DNA from: Pseudothioglobus sp. nBUS_23
GTDB taxonomy: Bacteria > Pseudomonadota > Gammaproteobacteria > PS1 > Pseudothioglobaceae
Length of the DNA stretch: 32,000 nucleotides
Assembly (NCBI RefSeq): GCF_051201565.1
Contig: NZ_CP179200.1
Span: 630,001 to 662,000, forward strand
Reading direction: 5' to 3'
Below, one piece after another: positions 19,290 through 28,429 of this stretch. Numbering within the stretch: position 1 is the stretch's first letter; every line of letters begins with the position of its first letter. The position numbers were made by a program, and so were the translations under genes. The notes under the pieces are model-generated. The model was given only the letters and a program-made list of their open reading frames with translations. It ran no database searches and was not told the origin of the DNA.

Positions 19290-19562
19290 ATGATGATCAA
19301 TTTTATTAGTATTTTAATTTCTGTAGGTTTTGGCTATCTCTTTTTTAGAATTGCGAGACCAAAGAATGAGTTGTCATCTAAATCTGTATTTTATGGACGA
19401 ACATTCTTAGCATGGAGCCTTTTTGCATCCACATCGTTTTATATTAGGCCATTTGTTGTAGATCAAAATATAAATAATATAATCTATTGGTTTATTATGT
19501 CGGCGCCATTTGCCATATTTGCTTTTGTTTTTGGATTTCTATACGGCAAATTTAGAAACTAA
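19290..19562 (+). CDS. Hypothetical small membrane protein (90 aa, about 3 TM)
   Basis: The ORF is preceded by an AGGAG SD and contains hydrophobic helices. No family is recognised. Confidence 0.5.
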   Translation: MMINFISILISVGFGYLFFRIARPKNELSSKSVFYGRTFLAWSLFASTSFYIRPFVVDQNINNIIYWFIMSAPFAIFAFVFGFLYGKFRN

Positions 19563-19574
19563 GTATTATAGTTT

Positions 19575-19653
<79 letters not shown>

Positions 19654-19668
19654 AATTAAATAACTAAG

Positions 19669-20613
19669 TTAAAGTTTAGGTTCTTGAGCGCCATCATTTG
19701 GCTTCAGTGAGTCTGCAGCTTTTGTCTCTCGATGACTGATATAAATTGTCGACATAAAAATTATTAAACCTCCAACCCAAGTCCAGGTACCAGGAATTTC
19801 TGAAAAAATCATCCATCCCAAAAGAGCAATAATAGGTAGTTTTATGAAGCCAATTGGCTCAAGACTTGTAATCTCAGCCATTGCATAGGACTTAGTCCAT
19901 GCAAAATGTGCCAATGTCCCTAATATAGCAATCCCCCATAAATATAACCAAGTCTGAAAATTAGGCCACTGCCAAACCGGTATGGCTGTAGTTAGAGTAA
20001 TTGGTATAAGCATGATTACCATCCAAATTATGATTGCTTGAGGTGTGTCAGTCAGAGTAAGCTTTTTGACAATTAGTGCATTTATTGAGAGCGCTAAAGC
20101 TGAAATAATTGCTAGTATTATTCCAAATGTAAAACCGTTAAAGCCAGGTTGAACAATAATTAGCATACCAATAATTCCAACAATAATGGCAGCAATTCTT
20201 CTAGCTTTAATTATTTCACCTAAAAATAGAGTCGCTCCAATTGTAATAAAAAGTGGTTGAGAGAAGCTGATTGCTGTTGCCTGTGCAAGAGGTATTAGGG
20301 TTAAGCAGGTAAAGCCAGCAATCATACCTATAGCGCCAACAAAAGCTCTCATAAAAAATAGCTTTGTATTTTTCATTTTTATAGCAGTCATACCAATAGA
20401 TCTTATTATTGGCAGCATTACAATCAAAGCGAGTAGATTTCGAAAAAAAACAACTTCAAGAACATGTAAGTTTTCGGATGCTTTCCTAATTAAAACAACC
20501 ATGATTGAAAATAAAACTATAGACAAAATATTTAAAATTATTGCCTTAGTTTGAGCACTTTGCAATAAAAAGAAACGAACGATTTTCAGATTATTTGGTT
20601 GTTTTTTGAACAA
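19669..20613 (-). CDS. DMT superfamily (EamA/RhaT-like) transporter
   Basis: The 314-aa protein has about 10 TM segments in two repeated halves, typical of the EamA domain duplication. The start is TTG. Confidence 0.8.
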   Translation of the reverse strand: MFKKQPNNLKIVRFFLLQSAQTKAIILNILSIVLFSIMVVLIRKASENLHVLEVVFFRNLLALIVMLPIIRSIGMTAIKMKNTKLFFMRAFVGAIGMIAGFTCLTLIPLAQATAISFSQPLFITIGATLFLGEIIKARRIAAIIVGIIGMLIIVQPGFNGFTFGIILAIISALALSINALIVKKLTLTDTPQAIIIWMVIMLIPITLTTAIPVWQWPNFQTWLYLWGIAILGTLAHFAWTKSYAMAEITSLEPIGFIKLPIIALLGWMIFSEIPGTWTWVGGLIIFMSTIYISHRETKAADSLKPNDGAQEPKL

Positions 20614-20712
20614 TTGAAAGTCTCAAATTTTTAATAATCAAACTATACCTTAATAAGACTGAAACTTTCTCATGCTATTTAGATTGAATGATTAGTAATA
20701 TATAATATCCGT

Positions 20713-20856
20713 ATGAAAAATGCTTTAGATACAATTAAAAAGATTTCTAAAATTTCTACTTTAGTTGCACTAAGCTTTTTAACATTTAGCTGTTTGGATA
20801 ATTCAGTTAAACTCAAAGAAATAAGCTCTTGGCAAGTAGTTGAGGGCTTTAAATAA
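20713..20856 (+). CDS. Possible small exported or lipoprotein-like peptide (47 aa)
   Basis: My hand translation is MKNALDTIKKISKISTLVALSFLTFSCLDNSVKLKEISSWQVVEGFK. It has a basic N-region, a hydrophobic core and a Cys at position 27, but the lipobox (TFSC) is poor. It is not in the ORF track because it is under 60 aa. Confidence 0.3.
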   Translation: MKNALDTIKKISKISTLVALSFLTFSCLDNSVKLKEISSWQVVEGFK

Positions 20857-20896
20857 ATCATCTAAAAGATACATATTTTTTTATATTGGCCTGATT

Positions 20897-21238
20897 ATGA
20901 AAAGTGATTCAGAAGGAAAGGTTTTATTCAACGAAGAGTGCAGTATCTGCAACTTTGAAATAAAGCATTATAAGAAAAGGTCTCAGCTTCAATATGAGAA
21001 CTGTAGCCAGAAAGGTGACAAATACCTAAAAGCACTCTATGTAGAGTTCCCAGATGGAACTGAAATTAAGGGAGTTGAAGCTTTCATTTATGTCTGGAGC
21101 AACACCAAGGGCTATGGCTGGCTTGCAAAGTTTGTGAGTTTGCCTGGCGTGTTTACTTTTGCAAAGTTTTTGTATGCCATTCTTGCATTCATTCTTTACT
21201 GGCGTTTCAAAATTTTCAATCGAACTCTTTCTAGCTAA
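20897..21238 (+). CDS. DCC-family thiol-disulfide oxidoreductase-like protein (DUF393)
   Basis: VLFNEECSICNFEIKHYKK matches the N-terminal (D/N)xxCxxC signature of DUF393/DCC proteins, and a C-terminal hydrophobic helix is present. The track start (20840) adds 19 residues that overlap the preceding small ORF, so the internal ATG at 20897 is preferred. Confidence 0.7.
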   Translation: MKSDSEGKVLFNEECSICNFEIKHYKKRSQLQYENCSQKGDKYLKALYVEFPDGTEIKGVEAFIYVWSNTKGYGWLAKFVSLPGVFTFAKFLYAILAFILYWRFKIFNRTLSS

Positions 21239-21256
21239 AGTCTAGAATAATTCTAT

Positions 21257-22579
21257 ATGGTTAAGAGCTCAACAACGCTTACTCACAAAAGAGTTTTAAG
21301 TGTCGCTGCTCCAATTGTTTTAGCCAATGCAACCATTCCAATTCTGGGAGCTGTTGATACAGCAGTTGTGGGTCAGATGGGCTTAGCTGCGCCAATTGGC
21401 GCTGTTGGAATAGGTGCTATTATTATTTCAGCTATTTATTGGCTCTTTGGATTTCTAAGGATGGGAACCACTGGGCTGACAGCTCAGGCCATTGGGTCAA
21501 AGGATGATTTAGAGACATCAGCCCTCCTAGTAAGAGGAATCCTCATTGGTCTTAGTGCTGGCCTAGCTCTAATACTGACTCAAGTGCCTCTTTTTGGCGC
21601 AGCACTTGGTTTGGCTCCAGCTTCCCTTGAGGTTGAGTCTTTGGCAAAAGAGTATTTGCAAATTAGGGTCTATAGTGCACCGGCTGCAATAGCAATCTTT
21701 GGAATTACTGGTTGGCTTATTGCAAATGAGAGAACTCGAGCTGTTTTGGTTCTAATGTTGCTTATTAATTCCATCAATATAGTTTTAGATTTTGTTTTTG
21801 TTCTGAGGCTAGGTTGGGGTGTTGAAGGGGTTGCGTTTGCCACTATTGTCGCAGAGTGGACAGGATTGATTTTTGGATTATGGCTTTCAAAGGAGGGATT
21901 TAAAAACGGCTACTGGAGAAACTGGAATCAAATATTTGACAGATCTAGGCTAATCAAGATGGCCAAAGTGAATAGTGATATTTTGATTCGATCGGTTCTG
22001 CTTGAGATAGCATTTGTGAGTTTTCTCTTTCTTGGTTCGAGCTTTGATGATGCTACTCTGGCAGCGAATCAGGTGCTCATTCAGTTCTTAAATATAACAG
22101 CTTACGCTATGGATGGTTTTGCTTTTGCAGCTGAAGCGTTTGTTGGGCAAGCGCTTGGAGCTCGAAATAGATTACTGTTTCGAAAGTCAGCCATTATGAC
22201 AACTCAGTGGGGCTTTGGGTCTGTTGTTGTCATGGCGATTATTTTTGCAGTTTTTGGAAGTAATATTATTGATGTCATGACTACTGCTGAAAATGTAAGA
22301 GAAGTGAGCCGAGAATACTTGCCTTGGATGGTTCTAGCGCCACTAGCTGGTGCTGCTGCTTGGATGCTAGACGGAATTTTTATTGGAGCTACGAGAACAG
22401 CGGATATGAGAAATATGATGTTTATTTCTTTCTGTGTCTATTTGTTGATGTTGGCATTATTGTTACCTAAGTATGAAAATCATGGACTATGGGCATCACT
22501 CATTATTTTTTCAATCGCAAGGGGAATTACATTAGGTTTCAAGTACCCAAAGCTTGAGGCTTCTGTTGAAAGTAAATAA
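21257..22579 (+). CDS. MATE family efflux transporter (DinF-like)
   Basis: The 440-aa protein has 12 TM segments. The N-terminus ...HKRVLSVAAPIVLANATIPILGAVDTAVVGQMG is typical of MATE/DinF proteins. Confidence 0.88.
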   Translation: MVKSSTTLTHKRVLSVAAPIVLANATIPILGAVDTAVVGQMGLAAPIGAVGIGAIIISAIYWLFGFLRMGTTGLTAQAIGSKDDLETSALLVRGILIGLSAGLALILTQVPLFGAALGLAPASLEVESLAKEYLQIRVYSAPAAIAIFGITGWLIANERTRAVLVLMLLINSINIVLDFVFVLRLGWGVEGVAFATIVAEWTGLIFGLWLSKEGFKNGYWRNWNQIFDRSRLIKMAKVNSDILIRSVLLEIAFVSFLFLGSSFDDATLAANQVLIQFLNITAYAMDGFAFAAEAFVGQALGARNRLLFRKSAIMTTQWGFGSVVVMAIIFAVFGSNIIDVMTTAENVREVSREYLPWMVLAPLAGAAAWMLDGIFIGATRTADMRNMMFISFCVYLLMLALLLPKYENHGLWASLIIFSIARGITLGFKYPKLEASVESK

Positions 22580-22590
22580 ATTCAAACAGT

Positions 22591-23469
22591 TTAGTCTAGG
22601 TGCCCAAATTTGCCATTATTAAAATCATCAATGGTTTGCCTAATTTCATCATTTGTATTCATCACAAATGGTCCATAAGAGGCTATAGGTTCATCAATCG
22701 GTTCGCCACTTAGGACCAATATTTCTGCCTCATCTTCAGCTTTTATTGTAAATTCTTTACCTTTATTTTCAAAAAGCACAAAGTGGTTTGTTGGAGCTCT
22801 CTCTTTGTTGTTTATGGTGACATTTCCCTTAATAATTAGAAGCCCAGTATTATGACTCTCATTGAAACTTAAACTCGTTCCCTTTCCTTTGTTGAGTTTG
22901 ACGTTAAAGAGGCTCATTGGAGTAAAAGATGAAGCTGGCCCTTTACTTTTTTCAAATTCCCCAGCAATAATATCAATGGTTCCAATTCCATTACCAAGGT
23001 CTACTTTCGCTAAATCTTTATTTTCAATATTTTGGTACTTTGGCTCAGTCATTTTGTCTTTTGCAGGAAGGTTAACCCAGAGCTGAACCATTTGCATCTC
23101 ACCACCTTTTTTACTGAAATTTTTTTCGTGATATTCCTTGTGAAGTATTCCTTTGCCTGAGGTCATCCACTGGATACCACCTTCTTCAATAACGCCACCT
23201 GCACCCGTACTATCATTGTGCTCAACTTTACCTTTGTATGCAATAGTGACTGTTTCAATGCCTCTATGAGGGTGAGATCCAACGCCGCGAGGAGCCCCAT
23301 TATTTGGTGGAAAGTAATGAACTGGAGCGTAGTCCATCAAAAGGAATGGACTCATACGTTTCATGGTTAGAGGTTCTCTTCTGCCTAAAATTCCATAAAC
23401 TCTAAACCCATCTCCAACGAAATGAAGATTGTCTGGGGGAAGAACTGCTTCTATCGACCTTAATGCCAT
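22591..23469 (-). CDS. Pirin family protein (bicupin)
   Basis: The HPHRGIETVTIAY metal-binding motif, the GGIQWMTSGKGILHKE block and the C-terminal cupin with GPFVMNT are all present. Confidence 0.92.
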   Translation of the reverse strand: MALRSIEAVLPPDNLHFVGDGFRVYGILGRREPLTMKRMSPFLLMDYAPVHYFPPNNGAPRGVGSHPHRGIETVTIAYKGKVEHNDSTGAGGVIEEGGIQWMTSGKGILHKEYHEKNFSKKGGEMQMVQLWVNLPAKDKMTEPKYQNIENKDLAKVDLGNGIGTIDIIAGEFEKSKGPASSFTPMSLFNVKLNKGKGTSLSFNESHNTGLLIIKGNVTINNKERAPTNHFVLFENKGKEFTIKAEDEAEILVLSGEPIDEPIASYGPFVMNTNDEIRQTIDDFNNGKFGHLD

Positions 23470-23627
23470 TACTAATAAGTCTTAATGAGAAAATATTAAA
23501 TTATAGTTGGATTAACTTTGTTGCAGATAACAAAAGCTGAAAGTCATCTTTTCAATATATTCAATAATTCAGTCTATATAACCCGTTACTAAGGTATATT
23601 GGCTTTGAATCTTTAATTGGTATATAA

Positions 23628-26180
23628 GTGATTCTTAAAAAACTAATTATTGTTGCAATATTGCTCTCGTTGATTGGATGTCGAGGAGGTAGTTCCTCAT
23701 CCTCAACTGTCAATTCGCCATCAACCTCTTCAACAAACTATGCTTTAGCTGAGTCAACATCTTTCACAGAAGGCAGCTCTTCCTCACAAAACACTATAAA
23801 AAGCAGATCAACGTGGACAGCTATAGAAGCTGGCGGAGCGACTCACCCTTATGAGCAAATGGGGGTGCATAAGGCCCAATCTTTTTCTAAAGATGGAACT
23901 TTTTTGACTGGTGTTGGGGAAACAATACACATAGCAGATTTCTACTGTGATGTTAATCATGATATTTATGATAATAAAACAATAACAAATTTAGACGATG
24001 GTGGTTCTGGAGAAAGTACCTTTGACGCAGCCACTTCAAGTAATAATCATTGCCAAGGCGTAGCTATGTTTGCTGCTGGAGACGTGAGCGCCAGAAGCGG
24101 CGTGGCACCAGATGCAGATCTAGTTTTATCCAGTATTCGAAAATATGAGGGTTCTAACGAGGGAGATGATTATGCAAGTGATCTAGACGCAGCTAGAGCA
24201 GCTGGCGCAATAGCTTCAAACCAAAGCTGGGGTTATACCTCAGGAGGCACTAGTTACAATATCTCTGAACTTGAATCGCTCATATCGAGCAATAGCTTAA
24301 CGAATGCTCAAGGTTTGGCAACCCTAATGCACGGCTCATCTTCTGGTCAAGCTTTGACTGATGCCAATACTTACGTTACAGCATTAAATAATTTTGAATC
24401 CTCTGGGGTTATGGTTTGGTCTGCAGGCAATGATGTTGCTGAGTCCGATGCAAGCGCAATGGCAGGTTTGCCCGAGTTATTTCCTGATCTTGGTGAGGCA
24501 TGGATAGTTGCTAATGTTGTTCAATATACTGGTGACTCGGACTTATCAAATGCAACTTCATCAGAATTTACATTAAAAGGAAATAAATGTGGCTCAACAG
24601 CAGAGTATTGTTTGTCAGTTGATGGATATGATGTTTATGCAGCAACCTATGTGGACAGTGGAACAAGTGAATATAATTCTTCTAGAATATCTTATGGGTC
24701 ATCTTGGTCAGCCCCCATGATTTCTGGAGGAGTTGCATTGATGGCTCAAGCTTTTCCTAACCATACATCTGAACAACTAGTAGATAGAATATTGGCCTCG
24801 GCTAATAATGTATGGTTTACACCGGAAGGCAATACAACGTTCACAACGCATGGCAATAGTGTAAAGCATGGTTATCACTCCACTTGGGGTCATGGAATTC
24901 CAGATTTCTATGCGGCTTTGAGCCCAATCACTTCTGATGGAAATCCAGCTTCAATGTCTGTCTATACTGGCAACTCAATTCAATCAAGTGAGTCTAATTC
25001 GCTTGGCTCATCATACATATTGCCATCTAGTTCTTTTGGTGATGCAGTTTCTAATGGTTTAATTGGCGAAGTTGGATACGCCTATGATGATTTAAATGGC
25101 GGTTTTAATTTTGACATATCTTCAAGAGTAGGAACTCCAAGTAATCACGAAGCACCAATAAAGTTGTCAGAAGAGCTTTCAAGTTTAGATACTCCAATCA
25201 CTGACCTAAATATTCACTCTACAGAGAGAAAATTCATTGGAAATGCAGCGCCATTATTTAGTAGTAATAATTTAGAGACAAGCCTGACACTTGGCAATAA
25301 TACGCTACCAGTCCAAAGTTTCTTTGGAAAGGGCTCAGACCCAACGGTCGACTTGTCTGGTTTTAAAACGCCATATCTTGCTTCAAATATTGATGATTTG
25401 GGTATCAATGCGAATTATAAGCTTGAGAATGCACAGTTATTGATTGGTGCTTCAAGTCCAATTAAAAGTAGTTATGATAAGAGCAGTTCAATTGGGTCAA
25501 GACAATCCATTGTTGCCTCATTGGAATATGGAGATACTGAAGAGGCAAACTTCGCAATCATGACGGGTATTACTTTAGAGGAAGATAATTTACTAGGGCT
25601 TAAAGGAAGCAAGGCATTTTCAACAGTTGGCGCGAAGACAAGTACCATTTTTAGTGCTTTAAAAGCACAAAGTCATATTAATGAAAACTTAACTTTAACG
25701 GGTTTGGCAACTCTAGCCACAACAAATATGTCAAGACCTGATTCTAGTTTTATTGATTCAGCTAGCAACGTTAAGTCTTCAAGTCTGGCATTAGTGGCAA
25801 GTCAAAAAAATATTTTAGGAGACGATCAATTTTCATTGTCAGTTAGTCAGCCCAATAGAATCAATAGTGGGGAGATGTCAATCAGAATGGCTAATTTAGC
25901 TGAATCTGATGGAACAATATCATACAAAAATAAAAGTATTAGTTTGAGGGCTGGGGGTAAAGAAATGGCCTATGGCTTATCTTATCGCAGAGATTTTGAT
26001 GATCACTTTGGTTTTTCATTGAAACATATTTTGACCTCCAATCTAAACCATATAGAAGACGCCAAGATTGCAAGATCAAGTTATGTTGGTCTGAATTATA
26101 AAGATCTTAAATTAGGTTACAACGTTGACTCAACGAACGCTTTAAAGCAAGCCGAAATATCTTATAAATACAGCTTCTAA
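23628..26180 (+). CDS. S8 (subtilisin-like) serine peptidase autotransporter with an N-terminal lipoprotein signal (NalP/SphB1-like, type Va)
   Basis: The start is GTG. The lipobox is LIGC (Cys18) followed by a poly-Ser linker. The S8 elements appear in D-H-N-S order: IHIAD (about D104), NNHCQGVAMFAAG (about H141), WSAGND (about N268), YGSSWSAPMISGGVALMAQ (about S359). The C-terminal ~270 aa have alternating beta-strand character and end in ...AEISYKYSF, a terminal aromatic residue typical of OM beta-barrels. Confidence 0.85.
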   Translation: MILKKLIIVAILLSLIGCRGGSSSSSTVNSPSTSSTNYALAESTSFTEGSSSSQNTIKSRSTWTAIEAGGATHPYEQMGVHKAQSFSKDGTFLTGVGETIHIADFYCDVNHDIYDNKTITNLDDGGSGESTFDAATSSNNHCQGVAMFAAGDVSARSGVAPDADLVLSSIRKYEGSNEGDDYASDLDAARAAGAIASNQSWGYTSGGTSYNISELESLISSNSLTNAQGLATLMHGSSSGQALTDANTYVTALNNFESSGVMVWSAGNDVAESDASAMAGLPELFPDLGEAWIVANVVQYTGDSDLSNATSSEFTLKGNKCGSTAEYCLSVDGYDVYAATYVDSGTSEYNSSRISYGSSWSAPMISGGVALMAQAFPNHTSEQLVDRILASANNVWFTPEGNTTFTTHGNSVKHGYHSTWGHGIPDFYAALSPITSDGNPASMSVYTGNSIQSSESNSLGSSYILPSSSFGDAVSNGLIGEVGYAYDDLNGGFNFDISSRVGTPSNHEAPIKLSEELSSLDTPITDLNIHSTERKFIGNAAPLFSSNNLETSLTLGNNTLPVQSFFGKGSDPTVDLSGFKTPYLASNIDDLGINANYKLENAQLLIGASSPIKSSYDKSSSIGSRQSIVASLEYGDTEEANFAIMTGITLEEDNLLGLKGSKAFSTVGAKTSTIFSALKAQSHINENLTLTGLATLATTNMSRPDSSFIDSASNVKSSSLALVASQKNILGDDQFSLSVSQPNRINSGEMSIRMANLAESDGTISYKNKSISLRAGGKEMAYGLSYRRDFDDHFGFSLKHILTSNLNHIEDAKIARSSYVGLNYKDLKLGYNVDSTNALKQAEISYKYSF

Positions 26181-26275
26181 ATTGAATTTATCTAAATCTT
26201 GCCAATAAAATATTAACAGACGTTTATATTTCTCATAACTTACAATATCACTTCATCATTTAAATAAGATTTGAA

Positions 26276-26998
26276 TTGAAAAAGAAAATCCTTGTTTTCA
26301 AACACATGACTTCTCAGAATCCTGGCATTTTTAGAGACTTTGCGGAGAGTCAAAATATTTCATTTCATGAGGTTGATCTTCATGCGGGCGAGAAAATTCC
26401 TGAATTAAGAGATTATGATGCACTCTGGGTCATGGGCGGCTCTATGAACGTTTGGGAGGAGGATAAGTATCCATGGCTTATCGAAGAAAAAGAAGCCATT
26501 CGTCAAGCTGTCAAGGATCTGAAAATGCCTTTTCTTGGAATATGTCTGGGTCATCAACTACTCGCTGAAGCTCTTGGCGGAAAGGCAGAGAAAGCTGATA
26601 ATCATGAAGTCGGTTTGTTCGAAATAACACCAACTATAGAAGGGCAAAATCATCCACTATTGAATGGTTTTGATTCATCAGAAAAATGGGTTAATGTTCA
26701 TTTAGTAGAGGTCACAGAGGCTCCCCAGGGCTCTAGAATTCTAGCTTCATCAAATCAATGTAAGAATCATATCATGCAGGTCTCAGAGAACGCCTATTCT
26801 TGTCAATTTCATCCCGAAGTTTGCAGTCATACTTTCGGGGGATGGATGTGCATACCCGGAATTCCAGAGGCACTTGAAGACCTTCTAGGCGCTAAGGGTT
26901 TGAGTGACTTTGAGGGTGAGGTTGAAAAAAACTTAAAGTCCAATCGAAAGGCTTCACACAAACTATTTAAGAACTGGTGTGGCATAGTCTTCCATTAA
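26276..26998 (+). CDS. Class-I (type 1) glutamine amidotransferase domain protein
   Basis: The nucleophile elbow is FLGICLGHQLLAEALGG and the catalytic His-x-Glu is in CQFHPEV. At 240 aa it is a stand-alone GATase1. The start is TTG. Confidence 0.85.
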   Translation: MKKKILVFKHMTSQNPGIFRDFAESQNISFHEVDLHAGEKIPELRDYDALWVMGGSMNVWEEDKYPWLIEEKEAIRQAVKDLKMPFLGICLGHQLLAEALGGKAEKADNHEVGLFEITPTIEGQNHPLLNGFDSSEKWVNVHLVEVTEAPQGSRILASSNQCKNHIMQVSENAYSCQFHPEVCSHTFGGWMCIPGIPEALEDLLGAKGLSDFEGEVEKNLKSNRKASHKLFKNWCGIVFH

Positions 26999-27068
26999 AT
27001 ATATTTGATTGAATATATCTTTTAATGGAATGCTCTAAAATATAAAAAATTTAGTTTCAACTGAAAAA

Positions 27069-27413
27069 ATGACAGCTAAGAATTGCTTAAAATGTGATCA
27101 GGAATTTGGATGCGGTGCTGGAACTGGAAACTGCTGGTGCATGGTCTTTCCTCCAGTAATGTCTCCAACTCTTGAAGAGGACTGCTTTTGTCCATCCTGC
27201 CTTGGATTAGCTATTAATGATCGTATAGATTTTTTAGTTGAGGAAAAGGGCATGGAGAGCTTTCAGAAATTTGTTGAGCCATACCGCTCCCAAACAAAAC
27301 TCATTAAAAATGTAGACTATACTATTGATAATGGGCTCTATGTGTTCAGTAAATGGTACCTAGTAAAGCAGGGCAAGTGCTGCAATAACGGCTGTAAAAA
27401 TTGCCCCTATTAA
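27069..27413 (+). CDS. Cysteine-rich protein with an N-terminal CWC-type Cys cluster fused to a DUF5522-like C-terminus
   Basis: CLKCDQEFGCGAGTGNCWCMVFPPV matches the cysteine-rich CWC family signature as recalled. The C-terminal YVFSKWYLVKQGKCCNNGCKNCPY matches the DUF5522 signature (CCxxGCxxCPY). There are 13 Cys in 114 aa. Confidence 0.7.
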   Translation: MTAKNCLKCDQEFGCGAGTGNCWCMVFPPVMSPTLEEDCFCPSCLGLAINDRIDFLVEEKGMESFQKFVEPYRSQTKLIKNVDYTIDNGLYVFSKWYLVKQGKCCNNGCKNCPY

Positions 27414-27441
27414 TTTTTAAAATATAAAAAGGAATAAGAAT

Positions 27442-27573
27442 ATGAACGATGATCAGGTTGACAAAATTATTAAAGAGCTCAGAGATATTCGCGGCATTAT
27501 GAGCAAGGCTTATCAATTGTTTTGGGTTGCTAGCCTGTTACTTCTATTGATTCTTATTGTTAATTTTGTTTAA
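27442..27573 (+). CDS. Possible small tail-anchored membrane peptide (43 aa)
   Basis: My hand translation is MNDDQVDKIIKELRDIRGIMSKAYQLFWVASLLLLLILIVNFV. It is preceded by AAGGAA 8 nt upstream. It has an amphipathic N-terminus and one C-terminal TM segment. Confidence 0.4.
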   Translation: MNDDQVDKIIKELRDIRGIMSKAYQLFWVASLLLLLILIVNFV

Positions 27574-27604
27574 TACTATTCGATAGAATTAGCAAACTAA
27601 AGCA

Positions 27605-28177
27605 ATGATTAGGAAAATCGTACACATTGGAAACCCAGCGCTTCGTCAAATAGCAGACGAGGTTAAGAGAGATGAAATTAAATCAGCTGAGATTAAAAAC
27701 CTCATCGATGACCTCATTGAAACCATGAGGGATGCCAACGGCGCAGGTCTGGCCTCTACTCAAATTGCAGTTCCAAAAAGAATCTGCGTGATTGAGGTGA
27801 AAAAAAATCCTCGCTACCCATACAAGCCTGATATTCCATTGACTGTTTTAATCAATCCGAAAGTCACCTTCTTAACAGAGGATAGAATTAATGTCTATGA
27901 AGGCTGCCTATCGGTTCCCAACATGAGGGGTAGGGTTGAGCGTTGCCCTGAAATTTTAATTGAGGCTCTGGATCGAAATGGTGATGAGGTTAGCTTCACC
28001 TCAAAAGGAATCAGTGCAGGAACCTTTCAGCATGAGCTAGATCACCTCGATGGGCTCATCTATACTGACCGGATGCCTGACTCTAGTTCACTTACAACGC
28101 TTGAGGAATTTTCAGAGCATTACGAAGATGAATTCAGGCAGCAAGTCATCAGCATAGTCGATCTGTATGGCAGTTAA
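27605..28177 (+). CDS. def: Peptide deformylase
   Basis: All three PDF motifs are present: GAGLASTQI (motif 1), EGCLSVP (motif 2) and HELDHLDG (motif 3). Confidence 0.93.
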   Translation: MIRKIVHIGNPALRQIADEVKRDEIKSAEIKNLIDDLIETMRDANGAGLASTQIAVPKRICVIEVKKNPRYPYKPDIPLTVLINPKVTFLTEDRINVYEGCLSVPNMRGRVERCPEILIEALDRNGDEVSFTSKGISAGTFQHELDHLDGLIYTDRMPDSSSLTTLEEFSEHYEDEFRQQVISIVDLYGS

Positions 28178-28352
28178 ATCAGTATTTTTTATTAATGTAG
28201 TTCAATTTGAAATCTAGTATAAAAAAAATTTGATTTTTTATCATTTCAATAACCAATTGTTATTTCATATATATCTTTAGAAAGTTTCTATTTTTTACTT
28301 CATTTAAAGATAATTTTGATAGATTTAGCAATATTCTTTCTATATACTCATT

Positions 28353-28382
28353 ACTTGTAGGGATATAAAATTTCCTGCAAGT
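28353..28382 (+). promoter_or_regulatory. Strand-specific RNA hairpin in the putative amt 5' leader
   Basis: acttgtaggga (28353..28363) pairs with ttcctgcaagt (28372..28382). This gives an 11-bp stem that includes two G-U pairs, so it is only intact when read as plus-strand RNA. The loop is 8 nt. It lies 48 nt upstream of the amt start. Confidence 0.25.
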
Positions 28383-28429
28383 AAAAAAAACGGAGAGAGA
28401 TTGATTAAACTAAAAAAGGAGATAATGTT

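Noticed and set aside
20679-20861. A 60-aa minus-strand ORF between the DMT transporter and the DCC-family gene
   Set aside because: It has low-complexity, AT-driven composition and no SD, and it is antisense to a somewhat more plausible plus-strand 47-codon ORF. Neither is strongly supported. I listed only the plus-strand ORF, at low confidence.
20840-20896. A 19-codon N-terminal extension of the DCC-family ORF as given in the track
   Set aside because: The extension (MRALNKSSKRYIFFYIGLI) precedes the family's N-terminal CxxC region by more than is usual. It also overlaps the upstream small ORF, so the internal ATG at 20897 is preferred. This remains uncertain.
28178-28429. A glutamine riboswitch (glnA RNA or Downstream-peptide motif) or a sigma-54 promoter upstream of amt
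   Set aside because: I could not find the conserved core sequences I recall for the glutamine-binding motifs; only a loose ACGGAG is present. The one GG...GC candidate has 14-nt rather than 10-nt spacing. Without a covariance-model scan this cannot be supported, so only the hairpin itself is reported.
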